From contig JAEZLF010000063.1 of NCBI GenBank assembly GCA_023435925.1, positions 496 to 64,495 on the forward strand: a DNA stretch of 64,000 nucleotides, read 5' to 3'. The notes below the pieces were generated by a model. It saw nothing but the letters and a program-made list of their open reading frames with translations. It ran no database searches and was not told the origin of the DNA. Made by a program: the position numbers and the translations under genes. This document shows positions 49,415-59,353 of this stretch, one piece after another. How positions within the stretch are numbered: position 1 is the first letter of the stretch; every line of letters starts with the position of its first letter. The DNA comes from Bacillota bacterium. Lineage in GTDB: Bacteria > Bacillota > Clostridia > Acetivibrionales > DTU013.

Positions 49415-49939
49415 ATGAAATACATTCTTGGTGTGGATGCAGCTTGGACAGAGAAAGAACCTACAGGTGTCGCGCTACTTTCAATAAATAATGACAATTC
49501 GATACAAGCTGTTAAAATCGCTAGGTCATACGAAGAGTTCTCTAAAGGAAGAATCAGTTGGGATAACTCCGTAACCGGGTCAAAACCCGATTTTCCAAGG
49601 CTTTTATGCTATTGTAGGAATAATGAATGGGTCATTGATCTGATAGCTCTTGATATTCCTTTATCTCCTGAAAGGATAATAGTAAGACGAGAATGTGACA
49701 GGCTAATATCCAGGCATTATGGGAAATATGGTGCGTCAACCCACAGCCCAAGTGAGATCCGACCTGGACCTATTTCAGAGGCTATTTTCAAGCAGCTTTC
49801 GGAAGCAGGATACAGTTGGAATGGAGATGCTAATGAAAGTTTGTCTTTCATCGAGGTATATCCGCACACAACAATAATTGAAATTTTTGAATATCAATAT
49901 AGATTCCAATACAATTTGAGTCCGTATTATAAGGAATAG
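49415..49939 (+). CDS. DUF429-like (RNase H-fold) protein, probably C-terminally truncated
   Basis: The N-terminus ILGVDAAWTEKEPTGVALL is typical of DUF429. At 174 aa it is shorter than I expect for the family, and an IS remnant follows. Confidence 0.5.
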   Translation: MKYILGVDAAWTEKEPTGVALLSINNDNSIQAVKIARSYEEFSKGRISWDNSVTGSKPDFPRLLCYCRNNEWVIDLIALDIPLSPERIIVRRECDRLISRHYGKYGASTHSPSEIRPGPISEAIFKQLSEAGYSWNGDANESLSFIEVYPHTTIIEIFEYQYRFQYNLSPYYKE

Positions 49940-49984
49940 ATAAAGAATGGTTGTGGGGATGAATATAGCAACATTGCAGAGCCA

Positions 49985-50191
49985 ATGAGGTTTTCGATGA
50001 GAAATGGTAAGGTCAATTTTATTACAACCAGCGGAATGATGGTTGTACGTTGGTGCGAGCAGAACAACGTAAATATTAAGTCATACTACTACTGGCTACG
50101 TAGAATCCGTTCATTGGCATGCGAGATTATGCTCTATTTCTATATAAATGTATATTATACAACAATCATCCTGTATCCACAAATTAGATAG
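49985..50191 (+). mobile_element. remnant of an IS66-family accessory/transposase N-terminus
   Basis: RWCEQNNVNIKSYYYWLRRIR resembles the HTH N-terminus of clostridial IS66-family proteins. No transposase body or inverted repeats were identified. Confidence 0.3.
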
Positions 50192-50335
50192 ATTTATCAC
50201 TGCCGTATGATTATTGCAACGATTTTTGGTCCATATAATGTAGATAGTACACCTTCTTTGTAGACGAACATTGTTGTTTTGAACTGCAATAATTTGGGGA
50301 ACCAGAATGTAAAATATAGAATTGGAGGTTTATTT

Positions 50336-50875
50336 ATGAAAAGAATATTAACATCGATTATATTACTAGGATTTTTGTTCAGTTTTGCAGGTTGTGGCAG
50401 CGGACTGGACATTCCAACAGAGGACGGAGGCAATCTGAAAATTACAAAAGACGGAATTCAAGTGGAAGGGTCTGACGGCAGCAAAGCTGTTATTTCAAAT
50501 GAAAACAGCCAGTATGTAATGGAGAGTTCACAAGGTGAAGTGAAATTCGGTGAGAACCTGGATCTGCCGAAGGATTACCCAAAGGATCTGGTGCCGCTTT
50601 TCAAGGAGGATTCCATTTTGTCCTACACGACAACAGAGACTGGTGAATTAGCTATTATATACAGATCCAAAGAATCAGTAGAAGATTGCTTTAATTTTTA
50701 CAAGGATCTCGTCAAAGATGCAGAAAGCAAAATGGAATCACAGGACGAAAATGGAGCGATGATTATAGCTGCAATTAATAATAGAGACTTTACTCTCATT
50801 ATATCAACTGACAGCGATAACGAAAAAAAAGCGATCGTTTCGATAAATATAGGAGCACCTCCGACAGAAGAATAA
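50336..50875 (+). CDS. lipoprotein (hypothetical)
   Basis: The start is ATG 50336, behind TGGAGG. The signal peptide MKRILTSIILLGFLFSFAGC carries the lipobox FAGC. Confidence 0.7.
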   Translation: MKRILTSIILLGFLFSFAGCGSGLDIPTEDGGNLKITKDGIQVEGSDGSKAVISNENSQYVMESSQGEVKFGENLDLPKDYPKDLVPLFKEDSILSYTTTETGELAIIYRSKESVEDCFNFYKDLVKDAESKMESQDENGAMIIAAINNRDFTLIISTDSDNEKKAIVSINIGAPPTEE

Positions 50876-50927
50876 AATGAGTAAGCTGAATCACCTCACA
50901 AACTCCATCGGCAGCTTAATCCGATGA

Positions 50928-51038
50928 AAGTGGGGGGACGGTTCTACTGAAGAAGAAAGTTTGTAAGTGGGGGGCGGTTCTGCTGAAGAAGAAAGTTTGT
51001 CAAAGTGGGGGGACGGTTCCAAAGTGGGGGGACGGTTC
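50928..51038. repeat. four copies of AAGTGGGGGG(A/C)GGTTC, the first two within 37-bp units
   Basis: Cores lie at 50928-50944, 50965-50980, 51003-51019 and 51022-51038. Units 1-2 share the tail T(A/G)CTGAAGAAGAAAGTTTGT. A partial inverted match GACTTTCTTCTC lies at about 51051-51062. Confidence 0.85.
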
Positions 51039-51310
51039 TGCCAGAATGAGAGACTTTCTTCTCTATCCCAGGTTAACAATCTATAAGAACGTTACATATT
51101 ACATGGCTAAAACGCAATAACTAATGTAGCAAATTTTTTTTAGTCAATAAATAATAATGGGAAGTTCAATATCGCCAACTCAAGCTCCGGGAATTTTGGC
51201 TGGAAGCCGTTTACACATTCTTTTGCCTATGCAGGGCGCAAACTCTCACATATAAATTCCCAGGTGTGAATATCTTATATTTATGAGATTTTATGAATGG
51301 AGGTATTTAC

Positions 51311-52126
51311 ATGGGATTTTATATTGGTGTCGAGCCGAATGTAAAAATCTATGTAGAGGATATTAACCCGGCAGGCAACAAGACCATCCTGTTCATTCAC
51401 GGATGGCCTGGAAATCATAATTTATTTGAATACCAGTTTAACCAATTGCCTAAAATGGGGTACAGGTGCATCGGAATAGACTGCAGGGGATTCGGTTTAT
51501 CAGATAAGCCTTGGACCGGCTATGATTATAACCGATTATCGGATGATATTCGAAGTGTGGTTGACGCACTTGGATTGCAGAATTTCACGCTTGGGGGACA
51601 CTCGACAGGAGGAGCGATTTGTGTCAGGTACATGGCCAGACATAAGGGCTACGGAGTTACAAAGCTTGGACTTTTTGCCGCAGCGGCTCCAAGTCTTGTC
51701 CAGCGGCCATATTTTCCATATGGTTTGCAAAAACAAGCTGTAATTAACATCATCCAGGGTACATACAGCGACCGGCCCAGTATGCTGAGGGGGTTTGGAA
51801 ATATGATCTTTTATAATCCTGTCAGTGTGCCATTATCTGATTGGATTTTCCAATTGGGGTTACAGGCAGCTAGTTGGTCTACTGCGGCTATAGCAAATAC
51901 CTGGCTGGATGAAGAGGAATTATTTAATGATCTGAAAACTATAAATGTTCCAACGATAATTCTTCATGGCATTAATGACCAGGTCTGTTTATATCCGTTG
52001 GCTATAGCACAAAAGAACAGTATCAGAAATTCAAAGCTGGTGCCGTTTGACAGGTGTGGCCATTTTCTGTTTTATGACCAGCGTGAAAGGTTTAACTATG
52101 AATTAGTGCAATTCACGGAAGTATAA
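51311..52126 (+). CDS. alpha/beta-fold hydrolase
   Basis: HGWPGN oxyanion region, nucleophile elbow GGHSTGG and C-terminal GHF histidine. The start is ATG 51311, behind TGGAGG. Confidence 0.85.
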   Translation: MGFYIGVEPNVKIYVEDINPAGNKTILFIHGWPGNHNLFEYQFNQLPKMGYRCIGIDCRGFGLSDKPWTGYDYNRLSDDIRSVVDALGLQNFTLGGHSTGGAICVRYMARHKGYGVTKLGLFAAAAPSLVQRPYFPYGLQKQAVINIIQGTYSDRPSMLRGFGNMIFYNPVSVPLSDWIFQLGLQAASWSTAAIANTWLDEEELFNDLKTINVPTIILHGINDQVCLYPLAIAQKNSIRNSKLVPFDRCGHFLFYDQRERFNYELVQFTEV

Positions 52127-52724
52127 TTTATAACAGCATGATTTTTTTTATTAGCCTTTACCCTTATTGGGTTGCAATTGGGTTATGTGGTTCTTACCCA
52201 GTTTTCTTTTGTATAGTGTTTCTACTGCTACTACTTGAGCTGCAGTAAGGGTCCTTGGTATAGTCCTTAGGATGTCTAATAATTCTCAGATGCTTTTAAG
52301 TAAGTTATTGAATACTATTAAATAATTAACCCAGGTGTACGAAAATGTACACTTGCATTATATTAACAATAGTATTATAAGAGATGCTTGCTAAGCACAA
52401 GATACATCCGTCCTTGTTTAGTAGGATGCAGTCGTCGGAGGTGTTAAGTATGGGATATTCTTATAGCGGAGTAGTTGATGGATTAAAAGAATTTTATTCA
52501 TCTATGAGAAAACTTAATGTAGAAATAGGAACTTTTGAGCATACATACAACAGTATAGTTGGGACTAGAAACCTATGCCTAATAGGAGGTATCCAAATTG
52601 TATAATATCGCGGCTCATAGTAATTAAAATGCTGCAAATATGGAGGACTACTGTGAAAATATGTAGAATACTTAGTGTTATATAATATGATGTGAGGAAA
52701 GTATCTTTTGTAGGGGGTTAATCA

Positions 52725-53156
52725 ATGATTGAAAAAGCAATCAAAATAGCAGCGATGGCGCATACAGGACAGAAGGATAAAGCAGGAGAACCTTATATAT
52801 TTCATCCGCTTCGAGTAATGCTTAGGTGCAGTAATGATATTGATAGAATATGTGGAGTTCTGCATGATGTGATCGAAGATACGGCGATTACTTTGGAATA
52901 CTTGCAAAAAGAAGGCTTTTCTCAGGAAGTGATTACTGCCCTAGAAGCACTTACAAGACAGACCGATGAGAATTACGATGACTTTATTGGACGAGTACTG
53001 AAGAATGAAATAGCTTGCCATGTGAAGCTTGCAGATCTTGCTGACAATATGGATTTATCCCGTCTGCGAAACCCTTCTGAGGAAGATTTTCTCAGAGTTA
53101 AGAAGTATCAAAAGGCAGTGGAGAGGATACATGCAAGTTTGAAAAATGGTGCTTAA
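52725..53156 (+). CDS. small HD-domain (p)ppGpp-hydrolase-like protein (small alarmone hydrolase type)
   Basis: 143 aa. AIKIAAMAHTGQKDKAGEPYIFHPLRV and LHDVIEDT match the RelA/SpoT hydrolase (HD_4) core. Confidence 0.75.
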   Translation: MIEKAIKIAAMAHTGQKDKAGEPYIFHPLRVMLRCSNDIDRICGVLHDVIEDTAITLEYLQKEGFSQEVITALEALTRQTDENYDDFIGRVLKNEIACHVKLADLADNMDLSRLRNPSEEDFLRVKKYQKAVERIHASLKNGA

Positions 53157-53208
53157 GATACTTAGGAGAATATCGAATGCAGTATATTCGTTAATATAGG
53201 ATTAAGAT

Positions 53209-55770
53209 ATGGACTTTATAAAATACTTATCAGAAAAGCATAAAATAAATTTAAGTGAACAGCAACAGAAGGCTGTATTGAACATAGAGGGGCCAATTCT
53301 ACTCCTGGCAGTACCTGGGGGCGGAAAGACTACTGTTATTGTTTCACGGTGTGCTAATATGGTTATCAACCATAAAATTGATCCGGAGACCATTTTAACT
53401 TTAACTTTTAGTAAGGCATCTGCTCTTGATATGAAGCATAGGTTTCAGAAAGTTTTCGGGGAGGATGTAAATAGGGATCTCCGTTTTTCTACAATTCATA
53501 GCTTTTGCTTTTACGTGCTTAAGGCATATTATCAGAAAACACATAATACATTTCCAACCATAATTGAAGATGAAAAGGCTCCTATAACTAAAAGCCAACT
53601 CCTGCGGCAAATCACTCAGAAAGTAAAAAAAATATATCTGAGTGATGATAAAGTGGAAGAATTGTCAAGTGCAATTTCCTATATCAAAAACATGATGATT
53701 CCCGAGAACGAGATCGAAGTGAGGATTCCTTATATCGACGATCTCTATGAGGTTTTTAAATTGTATGAAACCACTAAGATCCAAAATAATTTTATTGATT
53801 TTGATGATATGCTGATGAAAACACTTGAAATATTTCAATCCAACAAGGACTTAATTAACTCATATAGGAACAAATATAAGTATATTAACATTGATGAATC
53901 TCAGGACACCTCGTATTTACAACACGAAATCATTAAATGCCTTGCCAGTCCGAAAAACAACATATTCATGGTAGGTGATGAGGACCAGAGCATTTATTCA
54001 TTCAGAGCCGCTTTCCCCAAGGCATTGCTGGATTTTGAGAAGACTTATCCCGGAGCTCGTATTTTCTTGATGGAGAATAATTACCGTTCCACTAAAAGTA
54101 TTGTGAATGCTGCTAATAAATTCATCAAGCAAAATCAGGATCGCCACAATAAAAACATGTTCTCGAATAATGATGAAGGAACGCCAGCTAAATTTATTAG
54201 TCTGAAGGACCGGAATGACCAAAATGAATATTTGCTTGACTCAATAAAGAAGGAAACTAATTTAGCGGAGATTGCAGTATTATATAGGAATAATGTTTCG
54301 GCAATTCCATTAGCTGATGCGTTTAGTAGAAATGGTGTTCCATTTTTCATCCGGGAAGCAAAAATTCATTTTTTCAAGCATTGGGTGACAAATGATATCA
54401 TTTCATTTATGAACCTTTCACAAAACTTGAATGATATTGAGGCGTTTAGTCAGATTTACTATAAAATGAATGCCTATCTATCAAAGGCTGCTATTGAGTT
54501 AGCCACAGCAAATAGACATACGAATGCAGATCTGTTTGATGCTCTCTTGAGTATTTCATCCTTGAATGAAAAGCAACGGCTAAAAATGAATGAAATCAGG
54601 TATAACCTTGTAAAAATGTCTAAAATGAAGGCGCTGGACGCGATAGAATTCATTGTCAATGTTCTTGAGTATGGAGATTATCTGAAAAAACAGAATAATT
54701 CCGGAAGTGACTCAACGGATAGTTTACTGCAGATAATAAGCGGGCTGAAAAATATCGCTGCAAAAACATCTACTATGGAGGATTTTAAACATAGGCTTGA
54801 TCAACTTCAGAAAATAATGGATAGCGCAAAATTCAACAAAGGGAAAAATGCTGTAACTTTTTCTACAATTCATTCCAGTAAAGGCTTGGAATTCGATAAG
54901 GTTTACATCATTGACCTTTATGACGGACAGTTCCCAACCGCCAACAGCATCAGCGAGTTCAACGATGGGAATAAGGCATTAATGGAAGAAGAGGTCCGCC
55001 TTTTTTATGTCGGAGCAACAAGAGCAAGACAAAAGCTTGAACTGATTACAACTAACTTCCTTGATGGCAGGAAAGTAAAGCCGTCTCGTTTTATTAACCG
55101 ATTTATGTCAGCATATGAGAAACCAAAAGTACAAACATCCTCCCAAAATGAATTTGTTCACCCAAATGAATATGTGGATACAGGGAATATTACGGTAAAA
55201 GACTTAGTTATTGGAGCTATGGTTGTTCACAAAAAATATGGTATGGGTGATATAAGAGCTATAAATCAAAAAGCTGACTTGCTTGAAATTTGTTTTGCCA
55301 AATCAGGGCTGCGAATATTTTCTTTAAAGATATGTTTGAGCGGCGATATTCTGCATTTAGCAAATAAGATAGATACGAATAATGGAAGTAATAAGAACGT
55401 TTTACGCGAAGAATTAAACAACACTACCAACATGGATGTAAAGGCCTTAAGAGAGTTGGCGTTATCTATCGGAGAAACGGGAGAAAAACGTGAACTATTG
55501 CCGGAATTATTTAGAAATCCTGACTATGAGATTAGACGTAGAGCATGCTCCGCAGCTAAAAAATTAAGGGATAACAACATTACAAAACATATAGTTCCGT
55601 GCTTGTACGATAAAGAACCTCAGATTAGGCAGTATGCATTAAGTGCTGTACTAAGCAGCAAATGCAAAGATGTACTTGGCCATATTAGAGAAGTCAATTC
55701 TAAAGACGATAAGGACTATAATGTGAAGTTGTGCGAAGAAATTTTGAAACGGCTAAGTAATAACAAATGA
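53209..55770 (+). CDS. UvrD/Rep-family SF1 helicase with C-terminal Tudor-like segment and HEAT-like repeats
   Basis: Helicase motifs are AVPGGGKT, NIDESQDTS, MVGDEDQSIYSFRAA, NYRST, TIHSSKGLEFDKVYI and FYVGATRARQKLEL. These are followed by VVHKKYGMGDI and HEAT-like PDYEIRRRACSAAKKL / KEPQIRQYALSAVL. Confidence 0.85.
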   Translation: MDFIKYLSEKHKINLSEQQQKAVLNIEGPILLLAVPGGGKTTVIVSRCANMVINHKIDPETILTLTFSKASALDMKHRFQKVFGEDVNRDLRFSTIHSFCFYVLKAYYQKTHNTFPTIIEDEKAPITKSQLLRQITQKVKKIYLSDDKVEELSSAISYIKNMMIPENEIEVRIPYIDDLYEVFKLYETTKIQNNFIDFDDMLMKTLEIFQSNKDLINSYRNKYKYINIDESQDTSYLQHEIIKCLASPKNNIFMVGDEDQSIYSFRAAFPKALLDFEKTYPGARIFLMENNYRSTKSIVNAANKFIKQNQDRHNKNMFSNNDEGTPAKFISLKDRNDQNEYLLDSIKKETNLAEIAVLYRNNVSAIPLADAFSRNGVPFFIREAKIHFFKHWVTNDIISFMNLSQNLNDIEAFSQIYYKMNAYLSKAAIELATANRHTNADLFDALLSISSLNEKQRLKMNEIRYNLVKMSKMKALDAIEFIVNVLEYGDYLKKQNNSGSDSTDSLLQIISGLKNIAAKTSTMEDFKHRLDQLQKIMDSAKFNKGKNAVTFSTIHSSKGLEFDKVYIIDLYDGQFPTANSISEFNDGNKALMEEEVRLFYVGATRARQKLELITTNFLDGRKVKPSRFINRFMSAYEKPKVQTSSQNEFVHPNEYVDTGNITVKDLVIGAMVVHKKYGMGDIRAINQKADLLEICFAKSGLRIFSLKICLSGDILHLANKIDTNNGSNKNVLREELNNTTNMDVKALRELALSIGETGEKRELLPELFRNPDYEIRRRACSAAKKLRDNNITKHIVPCLYDKEPQIRQYALSAVLSSKCKDVLGHIREVNSKDDKDYNVKLCEEILKRLSNNK

Positions 55771-55802
55771 ATGTAATGAAGAGTATAGGGGGAGATGATA
55801 AA

Positions 55803-56255
55803 ATGCCAAAGACAAGAAACCCATTCATGATGTTTGCTGATAAAGGCTATAAACCAGTTAACATAGATAGAGATGATGAATACTTCCCAAATGGCATATT
55901 TGTTTTCAATATCACGAAGATGCTCAGGTATATCGAAAGTAATAAAGATGAAGTAAAGTGTGAGGACATTGATGTTCATAAATATCGCGATGAAAAGTTT
56001 TGTATTGATGAAGCATATCTCGAATTTTCGGATTTATCGAAACCTGTCATACTAGCTGAGATCTGTCCAGGTATCTATAATTTGATTGATGGCCACCATC
56101 GGATTGAAAAAGCTTATAGATTGGGTATTGAAAAAATTTCTTCTTATAAATTAAAACCTGCTCAGCATTTACTCTTTCTAACGACTGAACAAGCCTATGT
56201 GAGATACATTGAATACTGGAATTCGAAAATCGAAGATGGCTTCGTACCTGCTTAA
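55803..56255 (+). CDS. ParB/Srx-fold (ParB-like nuclease domain) protein
   Basis: The motif LIDGHHRIEKAYRLG is present. I prefer ATG 55803, behind AGGGGGA. The track start 55767 would overlap the helicase stop by 4 nt. Confidence 0.6.
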   Translation: MPKTRNPFMMFADKGYKPVNIDRDDEYFPNGIFVFNITKMLRYIESNKDEVKCEDIDVHKYRDEKFCIDEAYLEFSDLSKPVILAEICPGIYNLIDGHHRIEKAYRLGIEKISSYKLKPAQHLLFLTTEQAYVRYIEYWNSKIEDGFVPA

Positions 56256-56369
56256 ATCCTATATCAGTATGTAGATTGAAGAGAAAAAGTAATATAATAA
56301 TGAAAGGAATACATAAGTGGTAGCTTACCAATTATGCGATGCGAGAACGAATAAAAGGATGAATATAAG

Positions 56370-57134
56370 ATGAGAGATGAGTTTAGTCAAAGAACAAAAC
56401 TTACGCTAGCACTTCGGGCGGGGTTTAAATGTTCTAATCCAGATTGTGGAATGCTCACCATCGGCCCGGCACAAGATAATAACAAGTCTGTTAATGTTGG
56501 TGTTGCTGCTCATATATGTGCTGCTTCTAAGGGTGGACCTCGGTATGACGATGTAATGACTCCGGAAGAGAGAAAAGGTATTGATAATGGAATCTGGTTA
56601 TGTCAAACACACGCATGCCTTATAGATAAAGACCCAACAAGATACCCAAAAGAATTGTTGCGTCAGTGGAAAAGCGCCTCTGAAGAAAAAGCTAGAAAGG
56701 GCCTTACAGATTGGAAACCAGCGAATAGCGTTGAAGTAATTGAAGAAGATAAAAAAATTATGCAAGTGCTTATTTTAACGTTCGAAGACGAAGACACTAT
56801 TAGCTTGTTAAATCATGATTTTCATGGAAAATTTCCGCGTAAGTGGCGTAGACCTCTTGATGACTTGAGTGAATTTTACCATTTATTCTCTAGTAAACCG
56901 GGACATAAAGTGTTGAGAGCATTAACTGATCGTCTAATGAACAGTGTTGATAATTTAATATGTCACCTAAAAGTTAACAGCTTCACAAGTAAGGATTGGA
57001 TTAATGATAACACATATTGCATTGAGGATGAAGACGACATGCTATGCTGCAATGGTATGTGCTCGTTAATTTGGAAAGAGTACGAGTATTTAATTGAAAC
57101 ATATATAAAAATATTACATAAAGCTGAAAATTAA
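56370..57134 (+). CDS. HNH-type endonuclease domain protein with unknown C-terminal domain
   Basis: CSNPDCG...VGVAAHICAASKGGPRYD...NGIWLCQTHACLIDKD gives the Cys/His pattern of HNH nucleases. The C-terminal roughly 130 aa are unassigned. Confidence 0.6.
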   Translation: MRDEFSQRTKLTLALRAGFKCSNPDCGMLTIGPAQDNNKSVNVGVAAHICAASKGGPRYDDVMTPEERKGIDNGIWLCQTHACLIDKDPTRYPKELLRQWKSASEEKARKGLTDWKPANSVEVIEEDKKIMQVLILTFEDEDTISLLNHDFHGKFPRKWRRPLDDLSEFYHLFSSKPGHKVLRALTDRLMNSVDNLICHLKVNSFTSKDWINDNTYCIEDEDDMLCCNGMCSLIWKEYEYLIETYIKILHKAEN

Positions 57135-57263
57135 ACGTATGATGAGAAGCTGAAGAAACTTGAGATTAAGATACGCTTTTCAAAAATCAACTACATTCTT
57201 GCTGGAACATATATCCTCCGCTTATTGTCTAAAAAGGTGAATATTATTGGGGGGGATACAAAT

Positions 57264-58724
57264 ATGGCAAAGATATTTCAATCACTAGCTTTCGTTTTGA
57301 TTACTGGTATTTTAATAATATTAGTAGGTTGCGTGCCAGGTAATTCCCATGATAGTTTCGCTGGCTTAGGTGACAAATCGGTCAAGCACACCGGCAGCAC
57401 GGTCAATAATATTGATAACAATTCTTCTGAAGTAAATGTACCCCAGATAATAGACAATCTTAAAAGTATTGAAATTGAGAATTTAAATGATGAAAATAAC
57501 TCAAAAGTAACCCTTAACCTTCCTGAAGGCTGGCATGCAAAGGAATTGATTTTTAACAAGGTTCCAAGCTTTGAGTTTAATGCAGAAAAAAATAAGAAAA
57601 TGAATAAAGAATATAGTTATGAGCTTTATAACTCGATGAGCACGGATAAATTCAATCTATATGGAATCAAAGGATTTGCAGGGGAGTTTTATATGCAGGC
57701 TTACTATAGAGACCAACCCGAGAGCTCTCGATTTCTAAACCATTCTCAAGTCACGGAAAGAGTATATTCAGGTGAAACTGTATTGGGTCAGGGTGAAATA
57801 TTTGTTTTGGACTGTGACCTGCCGAGAGACATGAGGACTGACCAGTACTCCACCTATGACATGATATATGTCTGGATTCCAATAAAGGATGAAGCATTGG
57901 CATACAACCTATCAATTAGCGTCCCGTTAGGCGAAAAGGATGACGGGTACATCGAAATGGTAAAGAATTTGCTGAAAGCAGACAATCAAACATATATAAA
58001 TTCAGATAATATTGAATGGATGACGATGCAGGGTGGCTTGGGAATTACTACAAAGGTCTTGTTCACTGAACATGATGAAGAAAAAATTAACAGAATTGTT
58101 TCGATGATTAATTCCGGTACAGAAAAAACGGATTCTACCGAAGCTGAGATTAATGTAATCCAATCAAGGGCAAGGCCAATTGGCATCTGTTTTCAATTGA
58201 TAGATGGGAGTAAGGCATATGTCTGGACTGACTATTCTACAAAAGCCTTTGAGAATGGATGGTCGGCAACTGCTCTCAATGACAGATTTGTGCTGGTTAT
58301 TCAAAACAGCGGTCAGGATGAATACTATACGATTTTTTCGGATGATGTGGCAGCTTATCTTCGTGAAGGCTGGAAGTCGGATATGCCTATGGTCAGCAAA
58401 ATAACAGTAAGCTCTGAACCAGGCAAAAACGGAGAGCCGAATGTCATAAGGGATGGTGATATGATTATCGTTTCTGGTGACGGCTGCACTTCAAAAGAAG
58501 TAGTCATTCATTTGCGGAGGAACAGCAATCCCAAAGAAGATTATGTTATGGGAAAGGCTATCCCTGAATACGGTAAATGGGAATGGAAGGGTTCCATAAC
58601 AAAGAAGTTTAAAACTCTGGACGGTAAGGAAGTCACTTTGGCAAAGGACCTCTATGATATTGTGGCAGACGAGGACGGTGCAGGGATAAGTGTTTGCGGA
58701 GTTATAGATTTAAGGAAAGATTAG
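57264..58724 (+). CDS. lipoprotein (hypothetical)
   Basis: The start is ATG 57264, behind GGGGGGA. The signal peptide ends in LVGC (lipobox). There are no catalytic motifs. Confidence 0.6.
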   Translation: MAKIFQSLAFVLITGILIILVGCVPGNSHDSFAGLGDKSVKHTGSTVNNIDNNSSEVNVPQIIDNLKSIEIENLNDENNSKVTLNLPEGWHAKELIFNKVPSFEFNAEKNKKMNKEYSYELYNSMSTDKFNLYGIKGFAGEFYMQAYYRDQPESSRFLNHSQVTERVYSGETVLGQGEIFVLDCDLPRDMRTDQYSTYDMIYVWIPIKDEALAYNLSISVPLGEKDDGYIEMVKNLLKADNQTYINSDNIEWMTMQGGLGITTKVLFTEHDEEKINRIVSMINSGTEKTDSTEAEINVIQSRARPIGICFQLIDGSKAYVWTDYSTKAFENGWSATALNDRFVLVIQNSGQDEYYTIFSDDVAAYLREGWKSDMPMVSKITVSSEPGKNGEPNVIRDGDMIIVSGDGCTSKEVVIHLRRNSNPKEDYVMGKAIPEYGKWEWKGSITKKFKTLDGKEVTLAKDLYDIVADEDGAGISVCGVIDLRKD

Positions 58725-58935
58725 AGAAATGAGGTCGTGTTTCGACTCTGATTGAGAGCTCAACACTAAACGTACTAATTCAATTCAATATACTCATTTA
58801 TCTAAAATGTATAATATTAGCTTTAATGCAAGGTCTAGTGATATAATCAAGATATCTTGATAAAAGGATGTATAATGTGTGGAATTGTGAAACAAGAGTT
58901 TTTCAATATGTTGGAAAAAACTGGAGGAAAAACAA

Positions 58936-59352
58936 ATGAGCAGTGAAATAATCGAAAAGTCATTAGCACTTGTAGACAGAAGTTTTACCGGTATATTGGG
59001 AACAGTTGATGAAAATGGGATTCCTCAACTGAAGGCTATGATAAAAACAGCGGCAGATGGTCTCAGGGAATTCTGGTTTTGCTCCAATACATCCTCAAAG
59101 AGAGTAACACAGATACAGAAAAACCCGAATGCCAGCCTTTATTTCCACGATGAGAAAACCTTCGAGGGCTTGATGCTGACCGGAAAAGCAGAGGTTTCTT
59201 ATGATGATGTAAAGAGGAAAGAATTCTGGAATGACGGAATGGAAATATACTACCCTTTGGGTTATACTGACCCGGATTTTGCATTGATTCGATTTATTGC
59301 CAGCAAGGGCAACTATTATCACGGACTTAAGAATATTGATTTTGATATATGA
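58936..59352 (+). CDS. pyridoxamine 5'-phosphate oxidase-family (general stress protein 26-like) flavoprotein
   Basis: 138 aa with a split-barrel pattern: GILGTVDENGIPQLKAM, NPNASLYF, LTGKAEV, DPDFALIRF. Confidence 0.75.
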   Translation: MSSEIIEKSLALVDRSFTGILGTVDENGIPQLKAMIKTAADGLREFWFCSNTSSKRVTQIQKNPNASLYFHDEKTFEGLMLTGKAEVSYDDVKRKEFWNDGMEIYYPLGYTDPDFALIRFIASKGNYYHGLKNIDFDI

Positions 59353-59353
59353 A

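Noticed and set aside
50928-51038. Possible CRISPR array
   Set aside because: There are only four short (16-17 nt) G-rich cores with irregular, partly repeated spacing. There are no unique spacers of uniform length, and no cas genes anywhere in the window.
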